Origin: Bdellovibrionota bacterium
Lineage (GTDB): Bacteria > Bdellovibrionota_C > UBA2361 > OMII01
Direction: 5' to 3'
Length of the DNA: 26,581 nucleotides
NCBI GenBank assembly: GCA_044345405.1
Contig: JBIJBE010000046.1
Span: 1 to 26,581 of the forward strand
Below, piece after piece: positions 24,718-26,581 of this stretch. Below the pieces are notes generated by a model, which saw only the letters and a list, made by a program, of their open reading frames with translations, was not told where the DNA came from and did no database searches. Numbering within the stretch: position 1 is the first letter of the stretch; each line of letters starts with the position of its first letter. Made by a program: the position numbers and the translations under genes.

Positions 24718-25727
24718 GGTGTGCCTCCTGGGATAATCACCTGACATGGATGGGGATCGAGGGAGATCTCAGCGACCGTGCCTCGTGGAAAGGGAATTGA
24801 GTCGAGGGAATCGCGACTGGCGATCCCCTCATCGTCGTTCAGTGATGTAATACGAAGGGATTCTCCCTCAAGGAGGGATCCCTCAACGAGCTTCGGAAGC
24901 TTAGTCACCCGTTTCCCGTCGACCTCCTCCACCGTTACCGATGGCTCTCGCAGTTCAAATCGAGCGAATCGAGCGGTTTTCGGAAATGAGCGATCCTGCT
25001 CACCAAGGTAGAGACCCGCGCTCGCGTACCAACCGGTGGATCCTACGCCGGTGCTGATAAGGAGCCCTGAAGACCTTTGTGTGATCTTCTCTCCCCGATA
25101 CTCGAGCTCGTGTCGTGAGGTCAGTCGAAAGTCCCGTTTCCCCAAAACGATATCGTTAATCGCGGAGCCCCGCTCGATCCCGTCTACGGTGAGCGCGAGC
25201 TTGGTCCACTCCTCAACACGATAATCGCCGGTTTCCAGTCGATGTAACGCGTCTGGAAGTCGCTCGATCGTTATCGGTAGAAGGGCTCCGACGCTGGAAG
25301 CTGGATCGGAGTTTACCCCGAGAATCGGGAGATCGCTCGGGGCTCGATGGCTTAGTAGTTTAAAGAAATCATCGCCCCCAAGCGCGATAATCACCTTACA
25401 TCGAGAGAGTATCTCCGTTCTCTCAAGCTGCTCCAAGGAGATGATCTGTTCCGAGCCTAATTCCGCCGCGCACAGTGTGAGCGCCTGCTTGTGGCGCAGG
25501 TGTGCCCCGAGGATCCGCAGACCGCTCTCCCCGAGGGAGTTGTAACGAGCGACGAGGTCGTCATCTGAGAGCTTCGTTTCGAGCTGCTCCCGCTCAAATC
25601 GACTCATCTTGCTCACGACGATGATCTGATCTCGAGCGATGATGGGAGCGCGTCCAGCGCGGGTGTTGGACGCCTGAGGCATCGTCAGTCCGCTAGGTTC
25701 CGGTATTCCGATCTCCTGTCTTAGCAT
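24705..25727 (-). CDS. NAD kinase family protein, NADK2 (mitochondrial-type)-like
   Basis: Contains IALGGDD, PILGVNSDP..SVGAL, AIND and QRSSGLLISTGVGSTGW. GGGAGG RBS. Sits between pncA and nadD. Confidence 0.82.
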   Translation of the reverse strand: MLRQEIGIPEPSGLTMPQASNTRAGRAPIIARDQIIVVSKMSRFEREQLETKLSDDDLVARYNSLGESGLRILGAHLRHKQALTLCAAELGSEQIISLEQLERTEILSRCKVIIALGGDDFFKLLSHRAPSDLPILGVNSDPASSVGALLPITIERLPDALHRLETGDYRVEEWTKLALTVDGIERGSAINDIVLGKRDFRLTSRHELEYRGEKITQRSSGLLISTGVGSTGWYASAGLYLGEQDRSFPKTARFARFELREPSVTVEEVDGKRVTKLPKLVEGSLLEGESLRITSLNDDEGIASRDSLDSIPFPRGTVAEISLDPHPCQVIIPGGTPCSQ

Positions 25728-25747
25728 GGTCCCTCCCTTGTATGACC

Positions 25748-26431
25748 TTAAGGACGTAACTCAACCCGGCGTGTTGGTGCTCGCTCGGGAACGAGCGAAC
25801 CGCTGGTTACAACTCCTACACCGATATTTGTGAGGTCTCGCAACGTGCGTAAATCATCTCCGGGCGTGATGTTGACGGCGCGACATCCGTCGATGACTAC
25901 TTGAGTTTTGAATCCGAGACCGGCGGCGTCGCGCGCTGTCGCGGCGACGCAGTAGTCAAGGGCGAGGCCGCATATCGAGAGCTCGACATCTTTGAGTTCG
26001 ACTCCTCGGCTGATCGCCGCTTGGGCGATTATCGAGCGAAGCTGAGTCTCTTTATCGTGGTTGTTATCGAAGAACCCGCTATAACTGTCGACCGACGGTG
26101 ACGTGCCTTTCTCAACTATGTAGTTGATAGACGCCCTGTCGAGGAGTGGATGGAGCTCGGCGCCTAAACTTCCTTGCGCGCAGTGCCTTGGCCACAACGT
26201 TTGGGGCCCGCTCGTGTTCTCTACCCGTTCAAAGACCGAGCGTCCCTCATGGTTGTCCGCGAAGCTCACGTGATCGGCCGGGTGCCAATCCATTGTCGCT
26301 ACCACCAGGTCAAAAGCGCCTGATCTCATCAGGGCATTTGCTACAGGCACCACCTGATCGCCCTCTGGTACCGCGAGCGATCCACCGGGACAGAAATCGT
26401 TTTGAATGTCGACCAGAACCAAGACCTTCAT
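25748..26431 (-). CDS. pncA: nicotinamidase/pyrazinamidase
   Basis: Contains VDIQNDFCPGGSLAVP, DWHP..H.SF, WPRHC, KG...DSYSGF and GLALDYCV (catalytic D/K/C). AAGGAGG RBS. Confidence 0.96.
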   Translation of the reverse strand: MKVLVLVDIQNDFCPGGSLAVPEGDQVVPVANALMRSGAFDLVVATMDWHPADHVSFADNHEGRSVFERVENTSGPQTLWPRHCAQGSLGAELHPLLDRASINYIVEKGTSPSVDSYSGFFDNNHDKETQLRSIIAQAAISRGVELKDVELSICGLALDYCVAATARDAAGLGFKTQVVIDGCRAVNITPGDDLRTLRDLTNIGVGVVTSGSLVPERAPTRRVELRP

Positions 26432-26440
26432 GATGCCTCC

Positions 26441-26581
26441 TTATTTCTTTGAGTTATAAAAGCCGTGAGAGATCGGCATACGCCTTCCGATTCCGAATGA
26501 GTGCGGCGTTACCCGGATTCCTGGCGCCGCTTGACGTCTCTTCCATTCCGAGCGGTCTATTCGAGCGAACGTTCGGCGGAT
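26441..26581 (-). CDS. nadE: NAD+ synthetase (glutamine-dependent type), 3' end only; gene runs off the window
   Basis: Manual minus-strand translation gives IRRTFARIDRSEWKRRQAAPGIRVTPHSFGIGRRMPISHGFYNSKK*, matching the C-terminal E.KRRQ..PG..FG..RR.PI motif of Gln-dependent NadE. The stop is 9 nt before the pncA ATG. Not in the ORF track. Confidence 0.88.
   Translation of the reverse strand: MRRTFARIDRSEWKRRQAAPGIRVTPHSFGIGRRMPISHGFYNSKK

Noticed and set aside
26501-26581. GC stem GCGGCG..CGCCGC and palindrome CGAACGTTCG upstream of pncA as a riboswitch or SOS box
   Set aside because: The region is the coding 3' end of nadE, and the palindrome lacks the N4 spacer of a Gram-positive SOS box.

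Overview
Bacterial chromosomal window of moderate-to-high GC with no rRNA, tRNA, CRISPR array or mobile element visible. From left to right: (1) a minus-strand pdhA-pdhB-gamma-carbonic-anhydrase unit; (2) a divergent RuvC-like resolvase plus a secreted EEP-family nuclease/phosphatase, facing a degenerate MBL-fold protein; (3) lexA-recA with a sigma70-like promoter and an intrinsic terminator; (4) a stand-alone receiver protein, a TSP3-like Ca-binding repeat exported protein, and a small secreted protein whose RBS sits inside a hairpin; (5) a GT2-GT4 fusion glycosyltransferase divergent from a GDP-heptose operon (Cj1427-like C4-dehydrogenase, hddC, gmhA, hddA, HAD phosphatase, sugar C-methyltransferase, Fcl-like reductase) that may make a C-methyl-branched heptose; (6) an unknown wHTH protein and a HemK2-like methyltransferase; (7) a minus-strand NAD operon: nadE (3' end only, missed by the ORF track), pncA, a NADK2-like kinase with GGDD instead of GGDG, a NUDT9-type ADP-ribose pyrophosphatase fused to NadD, and a tandem Lrp/AsnC regulator. 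The NAD operon is the strongest candidate for an undescribed system: it appears to rebuild NAD(P) from both NAD-cleavage products using two enzymes that resemble animal mitochondrial proteins. Family assignments come from motif recognition and recalled reference sequences, not from database searches.
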